Positions 19,055 through 28,087 of a DNA stretch of 64,000 bases are shown here, in pieces. Position numbers and translations under genes: made by a program. How positions within the stretch are numbered: the first letter of the stretch is position 1; every line of letters begins with the position of its first letter. Below the pieces are notes generated by a model. That model worked only from the letters and a program-made list of their open reading frames with translations, was not told the DNA's origin and made no database searches. The DNA is from Planctomycetota bacterium (GTDB taxonomy: Bacteria; Planctomycetota; JAJSAM01; JAJVHW01): positions 1,312,001 to 1,376,000 of the forward strand of contig CBDFJG010000004.1 of the NCBI GenBank assembly GCA_965248445.1. Direction: 5' to 3'.

Positions 19055-22003
19055 ATGAAGTTCACGACGTTGCGGCGCGTGACGATCTTCGGCGTCGTGT
19101 TCGGCGGGCTGATGGCCGCCGTCGCGTGGCAGGCGGGAGGCATCCGCGGCAACAAGCCGCACAGGACGGTCTCGGCGGCGCGACCCGACGAGCCCACTGG
19201 CATCGTCACGATCGGCGGCGACGCGGGCATCGGTCGCGGCCGTGGCGTACGCGTCTTCCGGGACGGCGTCGCTCCGGTGGACGGCGCGCCGGTCATGTTC
19301 CGCAAGTGGGAAGCGTGGTGGGAGAAGCAGACCCCCCGCGAAGGCGACGGCCCGGACCGGCACGTCTTGCTCTGCGAGGACTTCCACGTCCTGTTCTTCC
19401 ACGCCGTCCCGGACGAACACGACCCGCGTCCGCGCGCGGTGGAGGGCCCGAACACCACGCGCATCGACGCAACACGCGCCGAGATGGACTCCGGCTCCGC
19501 GCAGAGGGAACTCCGCGCCGACCTGATCGAGAACGTCGTGATCACGCACCATGGCGTCGAGAGCGATCTCGTCCTCAAGACGCGGCGGCTCTTCGTGGAG
19601 GAAACCGCCGAGGGCGGTCGTGAGCGCCAGATTGCGCGCACCGACGAGCCCGTCACGATCACGGGGCCCAGTCTCGAGCTGACCGGCACGGGCCTCGACT
19701 TCGAGCTCGACGCGCGCCCGGTCGTGACGCTCAGACGCGATGTGCGCGCGGAGTTCGTGACGCAGCGCGCGCTCGTCGGTGCGCCGACGACGACGCTCGC
19801 GGGCGAGACCGCAACGGCCGTCATCACGTGCTCGGGGGCGGCGAGCATCGAGGCACTCGAGGGCGCGCGGCGGCGCAACGTGCGGCGGCCCTGGAAGATG
19901 ACGTTCGAGGGCGACGTCGTCGTGAAGCAGGCGGGCGGGACACTCTCGGCGGATCGGCTGGAGATCCAGTTCCTGACCGGTGGTAACCGCGAGCGGAGCG
20001 AGGACGACCTCATGTTCGTGCTGGCCGACGGCAATGTCGTCGCCGGAACGGAGAAGAGCGCGGACGGCAACGCGTGGACCGTGCACACCGCGCGCATGCG
20101 CACGACGCGCGGCGTGAAGTCGGAGTACATCTCGACCTTCGACGGCGGCACGACCATGACCTTCAACGGCGCGCTCGGCGAGACGGACGGAGCCGGGCGA
20201 ATCGAGGTGCGGTCGAGCGGCCCCGCGACTCTGAAGACGGACCGGGCGCCGCCGCGCCCGGAGTCACCAACACGAACTCGCGTGCACTTCACAAAGGACG
20301 CCGTGTTCCGGCAGTGGGACGCGGCGGAGGTCATGACGGGAGAGGTGACTGCGCCCGAGATCATCCTGCTCGGTACGCGCGTGATGGACGCGGACGGGAC
20401 CGTGCGCCCAGAGCCCGACTCACTCACGGCCATGGGCAACGAGACGACGCCGGTGAAGATCTTCCATCGGGGCGTGCGCGTGTCGAGCCGCGTCGCCACC
20501 TGGCGCACGATCGGTGACAAGGGCATGGAGCGACTGCTGCTGAACGGCACGCCGCGAGCGGAGTTCGCGGATGAGTCCGGCTGGAACCCACTCGGGGGCA
20601 GCAAGGCGCTGCGGCCGGCCGTCCTCGAGTTGACCGCCGGAGAAGCGATCGAACTGATGACGATTCGGAAGACGCCGAACGGGGACCCGGCCGCGACTGA
20701 GCGGCCTACGGCCCACGCCGAGGGCGGCGTCACCTTGCGCCGCGTCATGGACGGCCAGGAGACGTACCGGCTCGACTCGAGGAACCTGGACGTCGGCTTC
20801 GACACCGCGCGCCGGCCGGCACACCTACGCGCGTACGGCGACGTGCACCTCGTCGGACGCGGCGAAGCGCCGGGCTCCCCGCGCGTTGAGTTGCTTGGCG
20901 AGCGCCTCCAGGCCGTCCGCGAGGGCGAGGGCGAACCGGGTCCGCAAGGGCTGTGGACTCAGACCCGGCTCGGCGTGTACGGGGACGTCGGGAATCCGGC
21001 GCGCGCGCTGTTCGACGCGCCAACGGACAAGGACGGGCCACGGCGAGCGCATCGCGTCCGCGCGCAGGAGATCACCTACGAACAGAACGGCTCCACGCTC
21101 ATCGCGCGGCGGGACGCGGTGGCGGAGATCAACCGCCGCATGGACGGCGGGGCACCCTCGGGTGTCGCCGACGACGCGACGGTTCGTGGCAACGAACTGC
21201 GCGCCGTGCTCTCGCCCAAGCGCAACCCCACCGACACGGCGGAACTGTTGCGCGTCGTTGCAAGCGGCGCCGCCGTGGTCACAACAAAGACGTTCACGGT
21301 CACCGGCGACTCCGTCACATACGACCACCGAGCCGGCACCGCAACCGTGGAGGGTCGGCCGGCACGCGCCGTCATGCGTGACCGATCCGGACGCACAACG
21401 CGCTCCGGGACCCCTCACGAGTCCACGGTCGTCTCGGAGCGGATCGTGGTCGAATTCGACGGACGGCTCATCGGAGGCAAGGGCGCCGAGCCGCGGCGGA
21501 TCCGCTGCAGCGGCGGACGCATCGTGCTCTACACGACACCCGATGATCGTGCGACGGCGATCGTCAAGCGCGTCTCCGTGGTCGCAGCGGGCGCGATCAA
21601 CGTGCAGCGGGGCTTCGCCAGCGCCGAATGGGACGTCGCGGTGACGTGGGAATCCGAGATGCGTGGCGGCAGCTGGCAACGCGACGCGCGGCTCTCGTGC
21701 GAACGCGTCAACCTGACCATCGACCCACAGGCCGACGCGAACTTCACGGGCCGCATTCGGCACGCGACGGCGATCGGCACCGAGGATGCGCCGGTACGGG
21801 TGGAGAGCGGACGCGTGACCGCGTTCACGGATCGCGTCGAGGCCGAGGGTGCGTGGCTGAAGATGTCGTCGCCGTGGGGCCGCCGCACCCGAATCATCGA
21901 GCGCTCCTCGAACGGGGAGACGTCGGAATTCGAGTTCGACAGCGGCTGGTGGAACTACTTCACCAACGAGTGGCACAACTTCAAACGCGTGGAGTACCGT
22001 TAG
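19055..22003 (+). CDS. Large membrane-anchored protein with LptC/LptA (OstA)-like repeats
   Basis: N-terminal TM; TDEPVTITGPSLELTGTGL (LptC-like); VTGDSVTYDHRAGTATVEGRPA (LptA-like); follows kdsD. Confidence 0.6.
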   Translation: MKFTTLRRVTIFGVVFGGLMAAVAWQAGGIRGNKPHRTVSAARPDEPTGIVTIGGDAGIGRGRGVRVFRDGVAPVDGAPVMFRKWEAWWEKQTPREGDGPDRHVLLCEDFHVLFFHAVPDEHDPRPRAVEGPNTTRIDATRAEMDSGSAQRELRADLIENVVITHHGVESDLVLKTRRLFVEETAEGGRERQIARTDEPVTITGPSLELTGTGLDFELDARPVVTLRRDVRAEFVTQRALVGAPTTTLAGETATAVITCSGAASIEALEGARRRNVRRPWKMTFEGDVVVKQAGGTLSADRLEIQFLTGGNRERSEDDLMFVLADGNVVAGTEKSADGNAWTVHTARMRTTRGVKSEYISTFDGGTTMTFNGALGETDGAGRIEVRSSGPATLKTDRAPPRPESPTRTRVHFTKDAVFRQWDAAEVMTGEVTAPEIILLGTRVMDADGTVRPEPDSLTAMGNETTPVKIFHRGVRVSSRVATWRTIGDKGMERLLLNGTPRAEFADESGWNPLGGSKALRPAVLELTAGEAIELMTIRKTPNGDPAATERPTAHAEGGVTLRRVMDGQETYRLDSRNLDVGFDTARRPAHLRAYGDVHLVGRGEAPGSPRVELLGERLQAVREGEGEPGPQGLWTQTRLGVYGDVGNPARALFDAPTDKDGPRRAHRVRAQEITYEQNGSTLIARRDAVAEINRRMDGGAPSGVADDATVRGNELRAVLSPKRNPTDTAELLRVVASGAAVVTTKTFTVTGDSVTYDHRAGTATVEGRPARAVMRDRSGRTTRSGTPHESTVVSERIVVEFDGRLIGGKGAEPRRIRCSGGRIVLYTTPDDRATAIVKRVSVVAAGAINVQRGFASAEWDVAVTWESEMRGGSWQRDARLSCERVNLTIDPQADANFTGRIRHATAIGTEDAPVRVESGRVTAFTDRVEAEGAWLKMSSPWGRRTRIIERSSNGETSEFEFDSGWWNYFTNEWHNFKRVEYR

Positions 22004-22094
22004 GGCGGAGCGACCGACTCCGGGCCTGCGCTGTTCGTGCCCGAGAGCGAGCGGTCGCTGAGCAGGGCGCTGACGCCAGGGAGCCGACCACGTC

Positions 22095-22433
22095 ATGGAT
22101 CTGGGACTGGGCGAGATCATGCTGGTCTGCTTCGTGGCGCTGATGGTCTACGGGGGGCGCCTGCCCAAGGTCGCGCTCGCAGTCGGCCGCAGCCTCGGCG
22201 AACTCAAGCGAGGACTCCGCGAGACGACCGACATGGTGCGTCGAGAGGTCGAGGACGTCGATCCGCGCCCCGTCGTCCGCCGCGCCATGCGAGAGATCGA
22301 GAAGACGACGGACGAGGTGAAGCAGGCCGTCGACCTGGACAGTGCAGATCCGGACAGCGCAGACCCGGACAGCGCAGATCCGGACCGGCCACGACCCGGC
22401 GGCGAGTCACTCGAGGAGGTCGGGTCGGGCTGA
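22095..22433 (+). CDS. tatA: Twin-arginine translocase TatA/TatB family subunit
   Basis: LGLGEIMLV...LMVYGGRLPKVALAVGRSLGELKRG. Confidence 0.85.
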   Translation: MDLGLGEIMLVCFVALMVYGGRLPKVALAVGRSLGELKRGLRETTDMVRREVEDVDPRPVVRRAMREIEKTTDEVKQAVDLDSADPDSADPDSADPDRPRPGGESLEEVGSG

Positions 22434-22453
22434 CCCGGTGTTGGTCCTCGGGG

Positions 22454-23347
22454 CTACTCCTCGGCGAGGTTGCCATCCGCTTCGTCGAACATCGACTCCC
22501 AGCCGCCACCGGCGGCGGGCGGAGCCGCAGCCGGCGCGACGGGGTCGGTGACCGCGGCCGGCAGATCCAGTGATCGCTTCGTCCGGACCCTTGCGGCCAC
22601 GCGGCCGAGCGCGCCCGCGGACGCGACGTCAACGCCGAATCCGGTCGGCGCAGGTCCGAGCGCGAGAACGGCCGCCGGGAGTACCCCGAGAACCCCGACG
22701 CCAACCCGGGCGGGGGCGGAGACGGGCGCGGCAACCTCGGGCACAGCGTCCGATGCACTGCCCGGCGCGGCCTCCGGCGAAGCGGGCTCGGCAGCATCCG
22801 TGGCGGCCGGCGCTCCGTCTGCGGCATCCTTCTCGGCCTTCTTCCGCGCCGCCTTGGTGGCGTCGACCTTCGCGGTGCGGGCGCGCCTCTTCTTGGCGTC
22901 CTTCTCCCACCCGTCGAGCACATCCATGATCGGGCGACGGGCGCCGACGTAGAGGAAGGGCGCCTTGCCCGACTTTTCCTCGATCTCCGCCAGCACGTGC
23001 TCTCGCGGCATCTCGACCACAGCGAATGTCGCGCTGTCCCCGAACACGTCGATCGGGAGGATCTGCATGTCGCGGCAGAACTCGACACTCAGCAGATCGA
23101 CGGCCGCCCGCGGGATGTCGTACGATACGACGTCGATGAAGGGCAGCCCGTAGTGCGTCGCCACGAGCCTCGCGAGGTCCCACTCGTCGATGGCTTGACG
23201 GTCGAAGAGGATCTCCGAGAGAGGCCTCCCGGTGGTCTGCTGCTCGGCTAGGACCTCCTCGGCCGTGGCGCGGTCCATCAGCCCTTCGTCGAGCAGCACG
23301 TCGTCGAGACGGGTGCGCGCGAGCTTCGTGAGCAGTTTGCGGTACAT
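22454..23347 (-). CDS. Stand-alone GspE-N/MshEN-domain protein
   Basis: RLDDVLLDEGLM...VLAEQ, PLSEIL, HYGLPFID; no ATPase motifs; Ala/Pro-rich tail. Confidence 0.7.
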   Translation of the reverse strand: MYRKLLTKLARTRLDDVLLDEGLMDRATAEEVLAEQQTTGRPLSEILFDRQAIDEWDLARLVATHYGLPFIDVVSYDIPRAAVDLLSVEFCRDMQILPIDVFGDSATFAVVEMPREHVLAEIEEKSGKAPFLYVGARRPIMDVLDGWEKDAKKRRARTAKVDATKAARKKAEKDAADGAPAATDAAEPASPEAAPGSASDAVPEVAAPVSAPARVGVGVLGVLPAAVLALGPAPTGFGVDVASAGALGRVAARVRTKRSLDLPAAVTDPVAPAAAPPAAGGGWESMFDEADGNLAEE

Positions 23348-23500
23348 CTGACATGGCCTCCCGCAGGCCCCGCGTCGTCTTGGCGTGGCCCTCGCGGACT
23401 CATCGGCAGCAGGCCAGGCTCCGGTTGAGGTCCCGGGCGCCGCTTCAGCCCGGAGGCGTTGCCCGAGCCTGTACCGCCTCGCCGAGTTGGAAGCGCGAAC

Positions 23501-25972
23501 TCAGATGTCGAGCTCGGCGACGTCCAGCGCGTGCGCCTCGATGAACTGCCTGCGGGGCTCCACCTGCTCCCCCATCAGCACCGTGAAGATGTGGTCCGCC
23601 GCGACGGCATCCTCCATCCGCACGCGGAGGAGCGCTCGCTTGTCGCGCCGCAGGGTCGTGTCCCGCAACTGCTCGGCGTTCATCTCCCCGAGACCCTTGT
23701 AGCGCTGCAGGTCGATCGAAGCCTCGCCGATCGAGTACAGACGCTTGACGACGCCGCGCAGGTCGGAGCACGCATGCAGGTCCTTCTTGGTCTCGACGCC
23801 AAAGCGCGGGTTCCCGTCGTCGCGACGGAAGTCCTCCGCCGCAAAACCGAGCGCATCGAGTCGGGTCAGAAGGGCTGCCAGGTTGCCGCGCCAACGGAAC
23901 TCCGCGACGTAGACGTCCGGCGGTTCGAGGGCCGGCGTGTCCTCTCCCTCATGGAACCAGCGCACGTCGCGGTCCAACTGCGCGGCGGTGTCTGCCCCGT
24001 ACTGCTCGAACTCCTCCTCCGAGTGCAGGAAGAGTGTCTCACCCTCGGGGCGGCGCAGCCGGTAGAGCGGCAGGTCCCCCGCGGAGTTGCGCCGCTCGAG
24101 GAACGCGGCGAGGGTGAGACTCCGGCGATTGAGGCGCGCCTCCACCGACCCGAGGCCCTCGAGCACCTCGATCAGCTCCCGCACCGCGTCTCCTTCGATT
24201 CGGTCGCCGGCCGGGCGGCCTTCGTGGTCCACGCTCAGCACACACGACGCCTTGGCGCCGCCCTCGAGGAGGCGCGCGCGCATCTCGGATTCCGAGAGGA
24301 TGTACTCGACGACCCGGTTGTTGCGCTTCACGCCGTAGAGCGGCGGCTGCGCGACGTAGATGTGCCCACGCTTGATCAACTCGGGCATGTGCCGGAAGAA
24401 GAACGTCAGCAGCAACGTGCGGATGTGGCTGCCGTCCACATCGGCGTCCGTCATGATGATGATCTTGCCGTAACGCAACCCCTCGATGTCGAACGTGTCG
24501 GTGCCGATGCCGGTCCCGAGCGCCTGGATGAGCGTCTGGATCTCGCGGTGCTGCAGCATCTTGTCGATGCGCGCCTTCTCGACGTTCAGGATCTTGCCGC
24601 GCAGCGGCAGGATGGCCTGCGTCCGGCTATCGCGGCCGCCGCGCGCGGTGCCGCCGGCCGAATCACCCTCGACGAGGAACAACTCGGTCTCGTCGCGGTT
24701 GCGGCTCCGGCACTCGTACAGCTTCGTCGGCAGGCCACCTGAGAACAGCGCCGTCTTGCGCCGCACGAGGTCACGGGACTTGCGCGCCGCCTCGCGCGCC
24801 CGCCGTGCCAAGATCGCCTTGCTGACCATGCCCTTGGCGACGCGGGGATTCTCCTCGAGATACGTGGAGAGGCCCTCGGCCACGATCTGCTCGACCGGGC
24901 GCTGGATCTCGCGGCTGCCGAGGTTGCGCTTGGACTGCCCGCCGAACTGCGGCTCCGGCATGCGAACAGAGATCACCGCCACGAGCCCTTCGCGCCAGTC
25001 CTCGCCACCGGGCATCTCGTCGTCCTTCTTCACGAGCCCCGAACTCTGCGTGTAACGGTTCATCGTGCGCGTCAGCGCCGAGCGGAACGCGGAGAGGTGC
25101 GTGCCGCCCTCGTACGTGTTGATCGCGTTCACGAACGAGTAGATGGTCTCCGTGTAGGTCCCGTTGTACTGAATGGCGACATCCACCTCGAACGGTGGCT
25201 GTGCACCCGTCAGGTGGATCGGCTCCGGGTTCACGGGCGTCTTGTTGACGTTCAGGAACTTCACGAACGCAGCGATGCCGCCCTCGTACTGGAAGTCGAC
25301 CTCGTGCTCGCGATCCGGTCGCTCGTCCGTGAGCTTGATGTGCAGGCCGGGAGTCAGGAACGCGAGCTCGCGCAGTCGCTGTTGGAGCGTGTCGAAGTGG
25401 AAGTCGAGCTCGGAGAACATCTCGGGGTCCGGCAGGAAGTCGATGTACGTGCCCGTCTTGCTCGTCGCCTCGCCGACCTGGAGCTCCTGCGAGACGTCAC
25501 CCCGCTCGAACTCCATTGTGTGGACGTGTCCGTCCCGGTGCACCTCGACGCGCAGCCGGAGCGAGAGGGCGTTGACCACGGACACACCGACGCCGTGCAG
25601 CCCGCCGGAGACCTTGTAGGCCTGCTGGTCGAACTTACCGCCGGCATGCAGCGTGGTCATGATGACCTCGAGCGCGGGCTTGTTCGCCGTCTTGTGCATG
25701 CCGACCGGGATGCCCACGCCATCGTCGGTGACGCGGCAACTGCCGTCGGCCTTGATGGTGACGGTGATCAGGCCGCACCGGCCGGCCATGGCCTCGTCGA
25801 TCGAGTTGTCGACGACCTCGAACACCAGGTGGTGCAGGCCCTCGGTGGCCGTGTTCGGGACGTACATGCCCGGCCGCTTCCGGACCGCCTCGAGGCCCTC
25901 CAGGATCTTGATCTGGTCGGCGCCGTACTCGCGCTCGTCGTCCGACTGCTCGTGTGGGGTCTCGTCACTCAT
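23501..25972 (-). CDS. gyrB: DNA gyrase subunit B
   Basis: EAVRKRPGMY, EVVDNSIDE, LVEGDSAGG, PLRGKILN, MTDADVDG, RYKGLGEM. Confidence 0.97.
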   Translation of the reverse strand: MSDETPHEQSDDEREYGADQIKILEGLEAVRKRPGMYVPNTATEGLHHLVFEVVDNSIDEAMAGRCGLITVTIKADGSCRVTDDGVGIPVGMHKTANKPALEVIMTTLHAGGKFDQQAYKVSGGLHGVGVSVVNALSLRLRVEVHRDGHVHTMEFERGDVSQELQVGEATSKTGTYIDFLPDPEMFSELDFHFDTLQQRLRELAFLTPGLHIKLTDERPDREHEVDFQYEGGIAAFVKFLNVNKTPVNPEPIHLTGAQPPFEVDVAIQYNGTYTETIYSFVNAINTYEGGTHLSAFRSALTRTMNRYTQSSGLVKKDDEMPGGEDWREGLVAVISVRMPEPQFGGQSKRNLGSREIQRPVEQIVAEGLSTYLEENPRVAKGMVSKAILARRAREAARKSRDLVRRKTALFSGGLPTKLYECRSRNRDETELFLVEGDSAGGTARGGRDSRTQAILPLRGKILNVEKARIDKMLQHREIQTLIQALGTGIGTDTFDIEGLRYGKIIIMTDADVDGSHIRTLLLTFFFRHMPELIKRGHIYVAQPPLYGVKRNNRVVEYILSESEMRARLLEGGAKASCVLSVDHEGRPAGDRIEGDAVRELIEVLEGLGSVEARLNRRSLTLAAFLERRNSAGDLPLYRLRRPEGETLFLHSEEEFEQYGADTAAQLDRDVRWFHEGEDTPALEPPDVYVAEFRWRGNLAALLTRLDALGFAAEDFRRDDGNPRFGVETKKDLHACSDLRGVVKRLYSIGEASIDLQRYKGLGEMNAEQLRDTTLRRDKRALLRVRMEDAVAADHIFTVLMGEQVEPRRQFIEAHALDVAELDI

Positions 25973-26386
25973 CTAGAACACTCCCAATCGGAACCGAAGG
26001 CCCGTCACGCGCGCCGCTCGAGAGGCCTTACTGCTGCCGGCCGGCACCGTGTCCGCCGCGATCAATCGCTCCAGCAGGGCCTCTCGGCGAAACCCCTGCA
26101 ACTCATGCACCAGCGCCGCGCTACGCGCTTCGACGATCAACTCGCCCCGCCGAATGGCGATCGCTCGTGTCTCGGCCGCCAACTCCTCGCCGACGACCCG
26201 CGTCCAGAGATCCTCCACCCCGGTACGACGCTTGGCCGGGCGCATCCCCCGCGAGACTCGCTTCAGGATGGCGTCGATGCGCTCAGGGGAGCCGCCTCTC
26301 GAGTCGCCGTCCGTCCGTGAACCCGCGCCAGCCCCTGAACCCCCAGGCGCATGAGGACCCTCTGACCCGGGAGCTACACCGTCCAC
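25973..26386 (-). CDS. dciA: DUF721/DciA family helicase-loading factor
   Basis: LWTRVVGEELAAETRAIAIRRGELIVEARSAALVHEL; lies between dnaN and gyrB; start uncertain. Confidence 0.78.
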   Translation of the reverse strand: MDGVAPGSEGPHAPGGSGAGAGSRTDGDSRGGSPERIDAILKRVSRGMRPAKRRTGVEDLWTRVVGEELAAETRAIAIRRGELIVEARSAALVHELQGFRREALLERLIAADTVPAGSSKASRAARVTGLRFRLGVF

Positions 26387-26438
26387 TGTTGCCCGATCAC
26401 TCCCTGCCCCATCACACCCGGCACTGCGACTCCCGCGG

Positions 26439-27545
26439 TTACTCGAGGCTGACAGGCATCACGACATAGGTGTAGTCGCCCTCGGTGATCTTTCCGGGGG
26501 CGGCATGACCGTTCCATTCGAACGACACGTTGTCACCCTCGAGGACACCCAGCGCGTCGAGGAGGAACTCCGGGTTGAACCCGAGCATCTCCTCACCCCC
26601 GTCGTACTCGCACGAGAGCGTCTCCTCCGCCGAGCCCTCCTGGGAGCGCGCCCGGACGGTCAAGCCCTCCGGATGGAACCGCAGCTTCACCATCTGCGCG
26701 TCTCGGCTCGTGACCAAGGATGCCCGTCGGAGCGCCGCGTTGAACGCACCACGGGAGATCTGAGCGCGGTGGCTGCAGTCCTGCGGGATGACGTCCTCGT
26801 AGCCCGGGAAGCTGCCCTCGACGAGCCGCGACACAACCGTCGCGCTACCCGTCCGACCGCGGAAGTGGTTGTTGCCGATCGAGATCCAGACACTTGCGTC
26901 CGCGTCACCGAGGATCTTGTCGAGCTGCAACAGTCCTTTGGTGGGGACAATCGCTCGCAGCGTGACGCCACCGGGGTTCTCGCAACCCCCTTGCACGATC
27001 GCCAAACGGCGTCCGTCCGTGGCGACGAGTTCGATCGTCTCACCCTGAACCTGCAGCAACAAGCCGTTCAACGCGAATCGCATGCGCTCCTTGGCTGCAG
27101 CGAACGCCGTGCGCTTGATCATCTTGCGCAAGTCCCCGGCGCGTACGGCGATCTCTTCGGCGCCACCGACGTCCGGGATCTCCGGGAAGTCCTCTGGCGA
27201 GGGACCCTGCAGTCGGAAGTCACCTCTTCCAGCCTGCAAGAGGCACTCGCGACTCTCCCCGTTCCAGTCGAGGATCACATCGCCTTCGGGGAGTTCCCGG
27301 AGGATGGCCGCCAAGCGCTGTGCCGGCACAACGGCAGTCCCACCGTTCTCGACCGTCAAGCCGCCGTCCATCCCGACCACGACCTTCATCCCGATCTCGA
27401 GGTCCGTCGCTTGAAGAGTCAGATCTGTCTCACCTGTTGACAGACGCACACTCTCGTACACGGGGTGCACGCCCTTGGACGCCACTACACCGAGAACGGA
27501 CTGCACTGCCTTGTGCAGTGCATCGCGCTGGCATCGAAGCCGCAT
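26439..27545 (-). CDS. dnaN: DNA polymerase III beta clamp
   Basis: ATDLEI, VATDGRRLA, SRLVEGSFP, FNPEFLLD, YVVMPV; GGAGG RBS before ATG 27545. Confidence 0.97.
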   Translation of the reverse strand: MRLRCQRDALHKAVQSVLGVVASKGVHPVYESVRLSTGETDLTLQATDLEIGMKVVVGMDGGLTVENGGTAVVPAQRLAAILRELPEGDVILDWNGESRECLLQAGRGDFRLQGPSPEDFPEIPDVGGAEEIAVRAGDLRKMIKRTAFAAAKERMRFALNGLLLQVQGETIELVATDGRRLAIVQGGCENPGGVTLRAIVPTKGLLQLDKILGDADASVWISIGNNHFRGRTGSATVVSRLVEGSFPGYEDVIPQDCSHRAQISRGAFNAALRRASLVTSRDAQMVKLRFHPEGLTVRARSQEGSAEETLSCEYDGGEEMLGFNPEFLLDALGVLEGDNVSFEWNGHAAPGKITEGDYTYVVMPVSLE

Positions 27546-28087
27546 CGCTTCCTCCACGCCGTGCGTCTTCAACACGCCCGGCTTCTGGTTGGATCCTCTT
27601 TTGTCTTAGTAGTAGCAGTAAGGGCCGTGGACGGCGGGGATCCACGCCTTCAAGAGACGCGTAGATGGTGCTCCGCGTCGCGTGTGGGCCACTGTCCCCA
27701 GTGTTGTCCACGGTGGAGTCGCGGAGCGCAGTGCGCGGCGTACTCCGTGGAGTTTGCCCCCGGCCCTGTGACCCCGTGGACGGCTGGACGATTCTACCGG
27801 GCTGCGAACACCCCCTTGAAGGGACTTCGCACACGAGAGAGCACTGATTCGTGATCCCTCGACGAGCGGTTGATGATCCGGTGGAGAAACGGCTCGTAAG
27901 CGGGGAATGCCGGTGGAGAACCAGCGCTCGGCGCCTCCCTGGCGGCGGCCGGCCGACGTGGACGGTCCGTGGACCCGGCGAATCGACGCTGTGGAGAACC
28001 GGTGGGCGCGCTGGGGAGGGCGGTTGACAGGCGAACCAGGGATCGCCGCGCGCAGGGGCGGGGCGCCCGATCTCATCCAGCGCGGCC
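27546..28087. other. Putative oriC
   Basis: dnaA-dnaN intergenic region; DnaA-trio run TAGTAGTAGCAGTAA (27607-27621) followed by GGGCC and box-like CGTGGACGG; box-like TTGTCCACG (27704), GGTGGAGAA (27880, 27912), TGTGGAGAA (27990). Confidence 0.8.
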
